Virus record (IMG/VR): IMGVR_UViG_3300042691_051382
Length of the DNA stretch: 64,000 nt
From: a virus
Direction: 5' to 3' (one strand)
Every line of letters starts with the position of its first letter. The first letter of the stretch is position 1. The notes under the pieces were generated by a model. That model searched no databases. It was not told where the DNA came from and saw only the letters and a list, made by a program, of their open reading frames with translations. Shown one piece after another: positions 31,730-41,700 of this stretch. Made by a program: the position numbers and the translations under genes.

Positions 31730-32660
31730 GTGAATACTCCGATCGTAATTTTATATGGTTTTGAATCGCTGCGTCTTTCATTTTGAATTCCATGTCAACG
31801 TCGATATCCACACCGTAAGTGTTGAACACGTTGGTGGAGTAGTTGGCATGTTTGCGAGGATTCGATTGACCCGGAAGCGACTCGCTGTAGTGAAACAGTT
31901 GTCGATAACCTCTCCAAGTGCTAGCAGCCACCTCGAAAGCTTCTTGTGTGGACAGTTTGCCGGGATTGCACTTGTGGTGCAAATAGTCGAATGTAATGGG
32001 CGTACCGGTAGGTACATACACATATTTATATAGGTTTTCGACGGTCCAAATACCTTTGTCTTCGTTCTCTACCACAAGACGACTACGAGCAGCTTCGCCT
32101 AGACGCTCGAGATTTGCGGCAAAGCGGTCGGCGATGTCTTGGATGTTACCCTTGCTGCAGTTGATGTGAATGTTCATTGGCGACTCGTAGCTGTTGCGTG
32201 CACCGAGCATGGTCATCACACGCGCTTCCATATTGAGTTCGCGAATGGTTTTGTCTACGGCTTGAGAGTTGTCGCTCGCAAGAACATTGAATTGATCGGG
32301 GTGATTGCTGATGCGCAAACCATCGTCAACAAGTCGTTTGACGCGCAAACAAGCAGCATCAAACCGGTTTGACTTTTGGTTAACAGATTCGATCAGCGTG
32401 TCGAGATCAAACTTTGCTTCGGGTAGCGTAACAAGCGGAATCAAACCGCTACTGACGCGATACACCCATCCACGAGCAAAGCACTCGACCGCAATCTTTT
32501 CGGTGACATTGATGTTGTTCAACGCACGATCGGCGATGATAGAGTGAGACGATTCGCCAAGTTCAAGATAACGCTTGCGCGTCATGGTTTGAAACTTGTA
32601 GCCTTTTTCGGCAAGACCAAGGTGAATGCAACACAGACCGTATCGAATGTTTGATATCAT
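31716..32660 (-). CDS. uvsE: UV-damage endonuclease UvsE
   Basis: GLCCI, YRVSS..IP, HPDQF.VL.S, RLVVENED, PI.FD..HH..N, H.SE, R.HA.Y, E.K.KD.A. Confidence 0.9.
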   Translation of the reverse strand: MISNIRYGLCCIHLGLAEKGYKFQTMTRKRYLELGESSHSIIADRALNNINVTEKIAVECFARGWVYRVSSGLIPLVTLPEAKFDLDTLIESVNQKSNRFDAACLRVKRLVDDGLRISNHPDQFNVLASDNSQAVDKTIRELNMEARVMTMLGARNSYESPMNIHINCSKGNIQDIADRFAANLERLGEAARSRLVVENEDKGIWTVENLYKYVYVPTGTPITFDYLHHKCNPGKLSTQEAFEVAASTWRGYRQLFHYSESLPGQSNPRKHANYSTNVFNTYGVDIDVDMEFKMKDAAIQNHIKLRSEYSHAFV

Positions 32661-32694
32661 ATTGTACTGTATGCAGCAAAATTTAGTTGTAAAC

Positions 32695-32720
32695 AAAAAA
32701 GCCGGATAAACCGGCTTTTT
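32695..32720. terminator. intrinsic terminator
   Basis: AAAAAAGCCGG-ATAAA-CCGGCTTTTT. Confidence 0.8.
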
Positions 32721-32729
32721 GAGAATTAC

Positions 32730-32960
32730 TTATTGGTCTTCGTCTTGATACTCTTCTTCGTCGTACTCTTCATCTTCCGAGTACTCGGAGTCGTCGTACT
32801 CTTCGCCTTCGTATTCTTGGTCTTCGTCTTCGTATTCAAAATCTTCGCTTTCTTCGTCGGCATATTCTTCATCTCCGTATTCTTCTTCGCCATCGGTTTC
32901 TTCAACATCTTCGTCTTCATATTCAATGTGCTCGTCGTCATCGTAATACTCGTCTTGCAT
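32730..32960 (-). CDS. extremely acidic small protein (D/E/Y-rich)
   Basis: ATG 32960 with AAGGAG SD; MQDEYYDDDEHIEYEDED... Confidence 0.75.
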   Translation of the reverse strand: MQDEYYDDDEHIEYEDEDVEETDGEEEYGDEEYADEESEDFEYEDEDQEYEGEEYDDSEYSEDEEYDEEEYQDEDQ

Positions 32961-32982
32961 ATAAAACTCCTTATAAGGAAAA

Positions 32983-33054
32983 AGCAGGTGAAGGGGATTG
33001 AACCCTCGACAGATGGATTGGAAATCCATCACTCTACCGCTGAGTTACACCTGC
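32983..33054 (-). tRNA. tRNA-Gly(TCC)
   Basis: GCAGGTG acceptor stem, anticodon loop TT-TCC-AA, GGTTCAATCC T-arm; CCA not encoded. Confidence 0.9.
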
Positions 33055-33069
33055 ATATTTCTATATATC

Positions 33070-33276
33070 TCACTTGAAAGAAATTTCGTTGCGGCGCATC
33101 CAGAAAAATTCTTCACCCATATCACGATCCGGGACAGCAACAAGATATTGAGGACCCCACACCTTGTCATGCTCCACGCGAACCACTTCACCATACTTCT
33201 TGATGGTTTGATCGCTGTGAACCACAACCGAACGAGTAGCATTACGAACACCAGAAACATTAGCAACATTAGCCAT
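33070..33276 (-). CDS. hypothetical protein between tRNAs
   Basis: ATG 33276 with GGAG SD; 68 aa. Confidence 0.6.
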   Translation of the reverse strand: MANVANVSGVRNATRSVVVHSDQTIKKYGEVVRVEHDKVWGPQYLVAVPDRDMGEEFFWMRRNEISFK

Positions 33277-33340
33277 TTTCAAAACTCCAAGCATTTGTTT
33301 GGCGGCAACACACCGTTTCACAAACACTACTTTCTGAAAG

Positions 33341-33414
33341 TCAGGGTGACAGGATTTGAACCTGCGACCTTCTGGACCCAAACCAGACGCTCTACCAAGC
33401 TGAGCTACACCCTG
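33341..33414 (-). tRNA. tRNA-Pro(TGG)
   Basis: CAGGGTG stem, TCTGG-TTTGGGT-CCAGA anticodon arm, GGTTCAAATCC. Confidence 0.93.
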
Positions 33415-33505
33415 AAACCCCCACCCTTGATGAGCATCACCTTGCGGCGAGAGGCTTGGTGGGGCAGTGGTTCGCGAATTGTCCGGACTGCAAACCACCC
33501 TCTAA

Positions 33506-33578
33506 TGACCCTGCGGGGACTCGAACCCCGGTATCAGCCTTGAAAGGGCTGAGTCCTGGACCGCTAGACGACAGGGCC
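33506..33578 (-). tRNA. tRNA-Glu(TTC)
   Basis: GGCCCTG stem, CAGCC-CTTTCAA-GGCTG, GGTTCGAGTCC. Confidence 0.93.
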
Positions 33579-33674
33579 AACACCACAGTATATAGCGCAG
33601 CAAACGAGTTTCTAGCAACAGCTTGAAAAAAATGTTGCTATGAATACAATCCGATATATAACGCAGGAGAACGT

Positions 33675-34793
33675 ATGCCGTCTATTGTAGATTACAAGCT
33701 TTACGGTGAAGAGCCAACATGGGATATTGTGTACACAGACAATACAGATCGTCTTTGTGCAATCGTGAAAGCTTTCAATTGGTACAACTATATGAGCGAC
33801 AGCAAAGACCACAAAAAGTGGGTCTTGGAATATCTCAAAAACAATAAGTTTGACTCTCAAGTAATCGATAATGTATCAAGAGTTCCAAGCGAACAAATCG
33901 ATATTCAATTGGGAGATTTAAAAGGATGCATCGGTTTTAAAACCGGTACAATCGCACGAATGTTGAATCTGGGTGCACCTCTGGATCAAACCGATATTGA
34001 TATGCTCGCAACAGCTATTGATTTCTTGAACACCAAAGGTGCAGCAATTCAAGAAATAAACTCAATCAAGCCTAATGTGCAAAAATACATCGACGACACA
34101 TTCACAAAAATTGTAGAATACTTTGAAATCAAATGCGATGATGTTTTGCAAACCAATAGTCTTTCCACTACCGAAATCGAAACATATGTAAAATCCATCA
34201 AACCTTTATATTGCAAAAAGATTATCGAGCACTATGAGCCATTTTACGAAGAAATTTCCGTGGTTGTTTCCGGAAAAGATGCAGAGTTGAACGAAGGTTA
34301 TTCGTGTTACAAGCCTGTTGCTCTTAGCAACCTTAAAAAGTTAATACAAGAAATCATCTCAAATTGTAAAAATAATATCGATTCTGCACCCAAGCAGTTC
34401 AAGCCACGCAAAAAGCGAAGAAAAGCCCCGGCACAAGTTGTGAAGAACCTTAAATATAAAAAAGACGAACCATCGTTGGGATTGGTATCGATTCTTGCAT
34501 CCAAAATAGTAGACGCTCAAAAGCTGGTGGTATACAATACCAAACTCAGAACCGTCACTATATACGAAGCCGCTTCGTCTCAAGGATTGAGTGTAAAAGG
34601 TTGCACCGTTATCGATTTCGATGAAAAGAAATCGAGAACCAAGAAGTTGAGAAAACCCAAAGAATTCTTTGAAAAGATCAAAGACAAGGGAATCAAAGCA
34701 TTCAAAAACGCATTCGATTCGATCAAATGTGTAGAAAAACCCGCAAAGGGACGCATCAACGCAGATGTAATTTTATATGGAGTTTATGCATGA
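33675..34793 (+). CDS. conserved T4-like hypothetical protein
   Basis: AFNWYNY; C-terminal VYNTK.R....Y...GLSVKG.T...FD...S..K.LRKP, GRIN...IL. Confidence 0.8.
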   Translation: MPSIVDYKLYGEEPTWDIVYTDNTDRLCAIVKAFNWYNYMSDSKDHKKWVLEYLKNNKFDSQVIDNVSRVPSEQIDIQLGDLKGCIGFKTGTIARMLNLGAPLDQTDIDMLATAIDFLNTKGAAIQEINSIKPNVQKYIDDTFTKIVEYFEIKCDDVLQTNSLSTTEIETYVKSIKPLYCKKIIEHYEPFYEEISVVVSGKDAELNEGYSCYKPVALSNLKKLIQEIISNCKNNIDSAPKQFKPRKKRRKAPAQVVKNLKYKKDEPSLGLVSILASKIVDAQKLVVYNTKLRTVTIYEAASSQGLSVKGCTVIDFDEKKSRTKKLRKPKEFFEKIKDKGIKAFKNAFDSIKCVEKPAKGRINADVILYGVYA

Positions 34794-35665
34794 TATTGGT
34801 TGACATGAACCAGATTACTATCGGAAACATCATGGCTGAATCCAAAGGTCAACCATCGTTGAATCCCGATTTGATTCGACATATGGTGATCAATAATCTT
34901 CGAACTATTCGCAGCAAATATCATAAAGAATATGGAGAGATGGTAATTTGCTACGATTATCCCAGAAGTTGGAGAAAAAATCTTTTTCCGCAATACAAAG
35001 AAGCTCGCAAGCGCGAACGAAAAAACAGCGACTTTGATTGGCCAGGTTTGTTCAACTTGCTGAATGAAATCAAGCAAGAACTCACCGAAAACTTTCCATA
35101 CAAGGTTATGCAGATTGAATACTGCGAAGCCGATGATGTGATTGCAATTTTAGCCAGAAACAATTCACATAAAGAAAAGATTTTGATTGTTAGTTCCGAT
35201 GGCGATTTTCAGCAATTACAGAAATATCCAAACATCGATCAATACAGCCCAATTCTAAAGAAACTGGTAAAATGTGAAGACCCAGCCGAATATCTGTTTG
35301 AACATGTGGTTCGAGGAGATTCATCGGATGGAGTTCCAAATATTCTGTCGCCCGACGATATCTTTATCCAAGAAACCGGTCGCCAATCGCCAATCAGCAA
35401 AAAGAAATATGAAAATTGGTTGGAGCTTTGGAAAAACAGTGGCACAACAAATCGAAACATCAAGTCGATTTCTCAAGATGATAACATGTTGATTAATATA
35501 AATAGAAATAGCATTCTTATCGATTTTGACAACATACCCGAGCAACTTTGTGCGGATGTGTTGAATAAATACGAAACTATGCCTACTGCTGGACGTGATA
35601 AAATTGTTAATTATTTTATGACAAAAGGCATGAGAAATTTAATTCAACATGCATCGGAGTTTTAA
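34790..35665 (+). CDS. rnh: T4-type RNase H (5'-3' exonuclease)
   Basis: MILVDMNQI, WRK..FP.YK..R, EADDVIA, SSDGDF.QLQ, GDSSDGVPN. Confidence 0.94.
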   Translation: MILVDMNQITIGNIMAESKGQPSLNPDLIRHMVINNLRTIRSKYHKEYGEMVICYDYPRSWRKNLFPQYKEARKRERKNSDFDWPGLFNLLNEIKQELTENFPYKVMQIEYCEADDVIAILARNNSHKEKILIVSSDGDFQQLQKYPNIDQYSPILKKLVKCEDPAEYLFEHVVRGDSSDGVPNILSPDDIFIQETGRQSPISKKKYENWLELWKNSGTTNRNIKSISQDDNMLININRNSILIDFDNIPEQLCADVLNKYETMPTAGRDKIVNYFMTKGMRNLIQHASEF

Positions 35666-36103
35666 ATGCAAAAGATGATTCATGAGATTTTAGATGATGT
35701 TAGCAAAGCAGCAGACAAACAAACTAAAATACAAATATTGCGTCAATACAACACTCAAGCTTTGCGCGAAGTGTTGCGTTACGGCACCATGCCTCAACTG
35801 AAGTTTTTTACCGACAAAGCACCAAAATATAAAATCGATGAAGCTCCCGAGGGACTGAGCTTCAATACGCTGTTCAACGAATGCAGAAGATTTTATATTT
35901 TGACTCGCCCAGAAACAGAATTTGCGTTGAGTGGTAAAATCACCAACGAAACAAGAAAAAATCAAATACTCATACAAATTCTTGAAAACATCCATCCGAA
36001 AGAAGCCGAACTGCTGTGCTCGATGATCGATGGAACTTTCGCCAAAAAGTACGGACTCAACAAAAAACTAATCGAAGAGGCTATTCCAAACATATTAAAG
36101 TGA
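35666..36103 (+). CDS. conserved T4-like hypothetical protein
   Basis: EIL..VSK...K...L; IQILE.IHP.EAELL; commonly follows rnh. Confidence 0.75.
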   Translation: MQKMIHEILDDVSKAADKQTKIQILRQYNTQALREVLRYGTMPQLKFFTDKAPKYKIDEAPEGLSFNTLFNECRRFYILTRPETEFALSGKITNETRKNQILIQILENIHPKEAELLCSMIDGTFAKKYGLNKKLIEEAIPNILK

Positions 36104-36106
36104 TTT

Positions 36107-36286
36107 ATGAAAAATACGAATTTTAAAAATGAAGCTGCGATTCAAGACAAATCGCAGCGAGAGATTGAAAACAATAAATCAAAACGACAAGTTAAAAAGG
36201 CTTTAAAGCGTTTTGAAAAAATGCAGGATTGTGAAAACGAAGAAATTTATTCAAATTTCGAAAAATTCAACAATCGAAATCGGTAA
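36107..36286 (+). CDS. small hypothetical protein (59 aa)
   Basis: Open from ATG 36107 to TAA 36286, ending at a terminator. Confidence 0.55.
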   Translation: MKNTNFKNEAAIQDKSQREIENNKSKRQVKKALKRFEKMQDCENEEIYSNFEKFNNRNR

Positions 36287-36288
36287 AC

Positions 36289-36319
36289 AAACAAGGGGCT
36301 TTTCAGCCCCTTGTTTTTT
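36289..36319. terminator. bidirectional terminator
   Basis: AAACAAGGGGCT-TTTC-AGCCCCTTGTTTTTT. Confidence 0.85.
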
Positions 36320-37040
36320 ATTTTGATCTGTAAAGCTTGTCGATCTTGGCCACAATTGGCGATCTCACACAATGTTCTTCCAACATCTCAAAGAATCCAA
36401 TCTCTTGTACATCTTTCAAACGATCCAAACAATCACTCAGTCCATTTCGTGTTTCACGATCTCTAAAGTAAAGATCCGATTGTTCGGTATCGCCCGTAAC
36501 CACTAACTTTGAATTTTCTCCGATGCGCGTAAAAATCATTCGCATCTGTTGAATTGTGGAGTTTTGCATTTCATCCGCAACCACAAATGCGTTTTTGAAT
36601 GTAACGCCACGCATGTATGCAAGCGGAAGAATTTGAATGTTTCCCTTGTCGATCAAATCGGTTATGATGTTTTTACCCAACTGATCGATGCTGATTTCCA
36701 TCAGTGGCATCATAAACGGGGCGATTTTGTGATTGAAATCGCCCGGCAAGAATCCCATCTTTTCGCCAGCTTCCACGTATGGGCGCGTCAATATCAATCG
36801 TTCGTAACTGCCGTTGAGAAGTCCCATCAAGCCCGCAACCATTGCTATATGACTCTTACCCGAACCAGGAACGCCATATATCACCGACACTTCATGAGTA
36901 TTGATTGTCTTGATTGCTTGTTTTTGCCCTTCGTTTTTTCCTGCAAGGCAAAGACCTTGGTGCATATGTTTTTCTTGAATTTTATGCGGTGATCCAAGTT
37001 CTTCAACGAGAGCTTTTGCCTTTTTTGCTTTTTTAGACAT
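36318..37040 (-). CDS. phoH: PhoH-family ATPase
   Basis: GVPGSGKS, RP.VEAGE.MGFLPG, LAYMRG.TF, DEMQN, TRIGE.SK.VVTGD..Q.DL. Confidence 0.95.
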   Translation of the reverse strand: MSKKAKKAKALVEELGSPHKIQEKHMHQGLCLAGKNEGQKQAIKTINTHEVSVIYGVPGSGKSHIAMVAGLMGLLNGSYERLILTRPYVEAGEKMGFLPGDFNHKIAPFMMPLMEISIDQLGKNIITDLIDKGNIQILPLAYMRGVTFKNAFVVADEMQNSTIQQMRMIFTRIGENSKLVVTGDTEQSDLYFRDRETRNGLSDCLDRLKDVQEIGFFEMLEEHCVRSPIVAKIDKLYRSK

Positions 37041-37044
37041 ACAG

Positions 37045-37590
37045 TTACTCCAACGGATTGTTGTTAAGATATTTTGCCAAGTAGTACGAATCGACTATAT
37101 CTGAGAGTGGGTTGCCTATATTTTCTCCTTTGTAATTAAAAAGTTTTTTGAGATCGATTTTGGTTTCATTCACAAAAGTTTCATACATCTTTGGTTTGTC
37201 GGCGTTGCCTTTTCCGGTTGCAAATTTCTTGAGCGACATGGGAGGCAACGCTGCCCATCGCTTGCTGTTGGTGTGTAATTTGTATTTGAGCATCGCTGTG
37301 TTTTCGGCGATGTGAAACACCTTGCCACGCGATCCCATGGCATAGTCTTCGATCATCACTTGATCGCAATCTTTCACGATGTCGTATGCCCATTCGCTGA
37401 TGCGAATAAAGCGTTCCATTTGGTTTTCAGGACGCTCAAACAAATATCCAGTTATGTTTTTGAATTTACCTTCGTATCGTTTGGTGTCGGTCAGGTAATG
37501 AACCGAGCATTTTTTAAAATCTAGTTGGTGCGAATCGCCCACCGTTATACACGGGCAACTCATCGAATAATCAACACCAGCTATTAACAT
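37045..37590 (-). CDS. RuvC-like nuclease
   Basis: IAGVDYS, IEDYAMG, LKKFATGKGNA.K, DIVDSY. Confidence 0.75.
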   Translation of the reverse strand: MLIAGVDYSMSCPCITVGDSHQLDFKKCSVHYLTDTKRYEGKFKNITGYLFERPENQMERFIRISEWAYDIVKDCDQVMIEDYAMGSRGKVFHIAENTAMLKYKLHTNSKRWAALPPMSLKKFATGKGNADKPKMYETFVNETKIDLKKLFNYKGENIGNPLSDIVDSYYLAKYLNNNPLE

Positions 37591-37610
37591 CTATCAATAT
37601 TTATGAAAAA

Positions 37611-37638
37611 CAAGAGGCAGAATTTCTCCTGCCTCTTG
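37611..37638 (-). terminator. hairpin/terminator after the porin
   Basis: CAAGAGGCAG...CTGCCTCTTG followed by T-run on the minus strand. Confidence 0.7.
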
Positions 37639-37661
37639 TGAATCTAAATTTATTTTAGATT

Positions 37662-38675
37662 TTAGAACAACACTTGGAACTGCGAGGTGAACACAAATTC
37701 ACCCTCTTCGGTTCCCGAGACCCAACCAGTGTTGGTGGTGTCCCAAGTGGCTGTGACATCTTCCACAGCGTAACCAACTTGGTTGGTCCACTTGACGGCG
37801 CGATTCACAGCGTAGTAGTTTACACCAACTGTGAACACGCTCATGTCTTCTTCCGATTCAACGCTAGCCCATTCAGCACGAGCGAATGGCTGGAAGTTTT
37901 CGGTCATGTCGAAAGCGACAGTACCGACGACTGCATGCTCAACTTCTTGATCCGAGTGAGCATAGTCAACTCCAACGTTGAACTTACGGTAGTTCCATGC
38001 GGCATCAGCCACATAAACCGTAAAGTCGTCTTCGTGATTGATTCCTGCACCCACAGCGAGACCGCTGTTGGAAGTCTTGAAAACATTCCAACCAAAACGA
38101 GCGGTGGTGGCGTAATCAGGTTCGATATCGATAGGAGTGTTAGCACGATCAACTCCTTCGGTCAAAGCAGCACTGATCGAGAACGTATCGTTCGACCACT
38201 TGCCTTCAACGCCCTGTGTGAACGTCTGGCCAAGAGTGTTGGCAACAAGGCTGTGCGTAGCGGGCACAATGTCTTCGTCGTTGCCGTTGAGTTCCGTCAT
38301 AAACTGAGGACGGAACTGACCAAACTTGACGTTGAGGTTGTTGACGCTGCTGAAATCATAATCAGCAAAAGCATTCTGAAGATCCAAGTCTCCATCGGCA
38401 TCAACGAATGGGCTTACAACAAAGCCGAATCCGTGACCGAGATCACCCGAAACATCGAGGCGAACGAGCGGAATTTCAAAACCATTGGCATCGCTCGAAC
38501 CGTTGGACGAGTATCCAAAACGGAACTGAGCAACACCACCGATGTTCACCGAATGCTTTTGAGCAGCGGTGATTTGATCCGAACGCTCCATGAGCTTGGT
38601 GGTGTCAACTTGAGCACCAGCAACAACCGAAATCATCGAAACAATCATAGCAAAAATAAAACTAAACTTATTCAT
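37662..38675 (-). CDS. outer-membrane beta-barrel porin (OprO/OprP-like)
   Basis: Signal peptide; IGG.AQFR, GFEI...RL..SG, L..A..D, KFGQF+P.F..E; C-terminal FQVLF beta-signal. Confidence 0.78.
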   Translation of the reverse strand: MNKFSFIFAMIVSMISVVAGAQVDTTKLMERSDQITAAQKHSVNIGGVAQFRFGYSSNGSSDANGFEIPLVRLDVSGDLGHGFGFVVSPFVDADGDLDLQNAFADYDFSSVNNLNVKFGQFRPQFMTELNGNDEDIVPATHSLVANTLGQTFTQGVEGKWSNDTFSISAALTEGVDRANTPIDIEPDYATTARFGWNVFKTSNSGLAVGAGINHEDDFTVYVADAAWNYRKFNVGVDYAHSDQEVEHAVVGTVAFDMTENFQPFARAEWASVESEEDMSVFTVGVNYYAVNRAVKWTNQVGYAVEDVTATWDTTNTGWVSGTEEGEFVFTSQFQVLF

Positions 38676-38771
38676 CTGAAACCTTTCTTTGTTAAAATAC
38701 CTGTTAAGTTAGTCATAGCAAGTGTTGTTTGTTTATCTAAACACTACATGGCTATCTCCTTTGTGTTAAGT

Positions 38772-41700
38772 TTATACCAAGCACACGCCTCCGGCGCATG
38801 CGATTTCTTGTGTACCGTTTGTTGTGTTTGTGCCTTCATACAATTCAGTATAATCAACCTTCTTGTGTTCCTTGACGATATCATACCACAACTTCCAGTT
38901 GTATACATCCTTGAGAAGATACGTAACTTTCTTGACATCGTTACCGTAATACTTTTTGGCAAACTTCTTGACACGCACAATCCAATTTAATTTGTTTTGA
39001 CGGTGCAATTCTTCGTGTTCGAGTACTCGCTTTTCGTCAAGGTTTTCGCCATAACCAAGAGCGGTTGCACAAGCTTTCCAAAGATCACCGTACGACATCA
39101 TTGCTTCTTCGATGATACCCGAAGCAAACAGACTTGCGTTGCCATAAATTTCTACAATTTCTGCAGGAGTGAAAACTTCGGTGAACGGAGCTTGAGTATA
39201 ATCCTTGTCGCCACTCGAACCAATCAAAGACACACCCGCAAAATATTGACGGTTGTCGTAAATGTAGTGTTCGACTGCATCCCATTCTTCGGGCTTCACA
39301 ACAACTGTGTTGCTCACGTTGTGGCTCAACCAAGGTTGAGTTCCAAGTTCAGCGTTGCATCCACTCGCAACCCAATTCATTTGAGTTGTCTTGACATTGT
39401 CGAGCATTTGAATTGCATCGATTTGATTTTTGAGAATCGCATTGTCGTTGACTTCGCAAGCAAAGCTGATGCACACGTCGGTGTTGTTGGCACTCCAACT
39501 GCTTTCTTCAACAGAACGCGGATTGAGATTTGCGTAATACTGTGCAGGTGCTTCCATCTTGTTGGCTTGCACACGACGAATGTAACGCTTGGCGTGATGT
39601 GGGTGAATACCACTGCTTGTGCCAAGCATGCAACTGGTGCTGCCTTCGGGCTTGATGCAAGTGATGCGAGCCGCAGGATTGATACCGATGATTGCTGCAA
39701 CTTCACGATTGACCGCAGACAATTCACTTGCAACTTCGCGTTGATAGTATGCACTGAGCAGAACCTTGGGATTTTCCATCATACCCGTGATGCTTACACC
39801 AAGCAATGCTTCGCGACGAACGATGCTTTCGGTTACCTTTCCAAGATACGGAAAGTCGGTGTATCCTGCTTGAAGCGTGCCGATGATTGTAGCAGCACGA
39901 GCAGCTTTGCGGAAATCGGCTGCAGTCTTGATCTTGCTACCGTTGATCGTAGAAAGATTGCAGAACTGCCAGCCACTGTTGCCATCTGCATCGTAACAAT
40001 AGAAGCCAATCTCAACACAATTATGAGTGTAGAAACCGTTTGCATCAAAAGCATGAATGTCGTTTACTGTACAATCGTATACCATTTCAGAATCTTTTTG
40101 AACAATCGAAGACACCGTAGCAACAAATTTAGTTTTATAAAAATTCTTTTGATACGAACATACTAAATTATTAAGTTTCAATTTCTTTTCCGGGTCTTCA
40201 AAACCAATCAAATCTAAATATCTTCCAATCATGTTTCGGCTAATAACCAATTCATGACATGCCTGACAAGCATAAACACCATTCTTTATTTTACGTTCGC
40301 CAGCGGGACGACGATTTGCAAAAATTTTACTGTAAATACCAAGACGTAAAAGCATGCGTTGAACTATTTCAAGATTGTGCATATTTACCGAGCACAAGCG
40401 AATCGAAGTTCCTTTTGCAGTATTACCTTGAACACTACCGTCAGCGTCAAAATATCCTCGCAAAAATCCTCGATATGCATCGCTACTGATCTCTTCTATG
40501 TTTTCGTTGAGGTTTTTGTTGCCACGACGCATACCGTAACTGTTTGCAAGTTTCTTCAAATTTACAGATTCGACTCGTTGTTTTGTTACTGTCGCAATCT
40601 GACTGTAACCAGAAACATGTTCAGCAATCATATTGTTGCTCTTCAAATTATCAAGAGCAATATTCTTCATGATATTTGCGTTATCTCCCCAATAATCAAG
40701 ATAAGCTGTATCATCTGAAATGCAGCCATCACCCAACAAGCTTCCAAGCAACCAACCTTCACGTTCGTTCAATTTTCCGTCCCATTGGATATTATCGTGA
40801 TCATGTATTACCATACAATCACCAATATTCAATTGATCGATAGTTTTCCACGATTGATTGTTGTGTTCATCAACAATCAAAAATTGGTGATTGTGAGTTG
40901 CACTTACGCTATATCCTTCGCTTGTTTTAACTTGATAAATCTTTTGATAACCTGTATGAAAGAAACCAGTAGGCGAATGATAAAGCTTACCGTTTACATA
41001 TGCGTCAAAAGATTTTCCAATCAAATCTTTAATTTGTCTAGGACCTTGTTTGGTAAGAACCCACGCATCGGAAGGTAAACATGGATTAGGAATCATTTCG
41101 GTGCTGTCGCTCCAATAGAATCCAGGTTCACCGAATTGCTTGGTGCTTTCGATCAGCAACTTGAATTGTTCGGGTGAAGTGTTGTTCTTGAGCAACAATG
41201 CACTGTTGTTGCTGCGACCGCGCTGAGGATTGTCGATGAACCAATTGCCAGTTTTGGCGTTCATCATTTCTTGATCGTCAACCGAAAAAATACAAATGGT
41301 TGCAGAGCGACGAATACCACCCGAAAGAACAGCATCCGATGAATGCATCACGATATCGTAAGCATTGATTGGCTTGAGATTTGTTTGTCCGTTAGCAACA
41401 CATTCGTCGAGCAACTTGCGAATCTTTTCATGAGCATTGCGAAGCGGTTCGGCTCCGGGTGCGCGACCGATTCCGTGTGAAAATGGAGTACCCTTTTCGC
41501 GAATGTTCTTGTAAACAAACTTTACAACTTTACCTTGATATTCGGGATAGATGCTATTTTGATCTACAATCTTGAAATATGAACTCACAAGAATGCCAAT
41601 ACTGTCAGCCCATCCTTCGATGCTATCAGAAATTTCATGAGTAACAATTTCGGTCTTCTCGCGCAAATCAAGCGGAGGAAGTTTTGCAACATGATGCGCT

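Noticed and set aside
33420-33465. Hammerhead ribozyme (TGATGAG on + strand)
   Set aside because: Lacks the CTGATGA...GAAA core arrangement.
38686-38718. PHO box upstream of the porin (TTAACA repeats)
   Set aside because: Repeat spacing is 12 and 9 nt rather than 11 and it abuts the RBS; too weak to call.
37674-38990. 438-aa plus-strand ORF (also 38997-40166, 25244-26026 and 12906-13724)
   Set aside because: Antisense shadows of well-supported genes caused by codon bias or repeats; no motifs or RBS.
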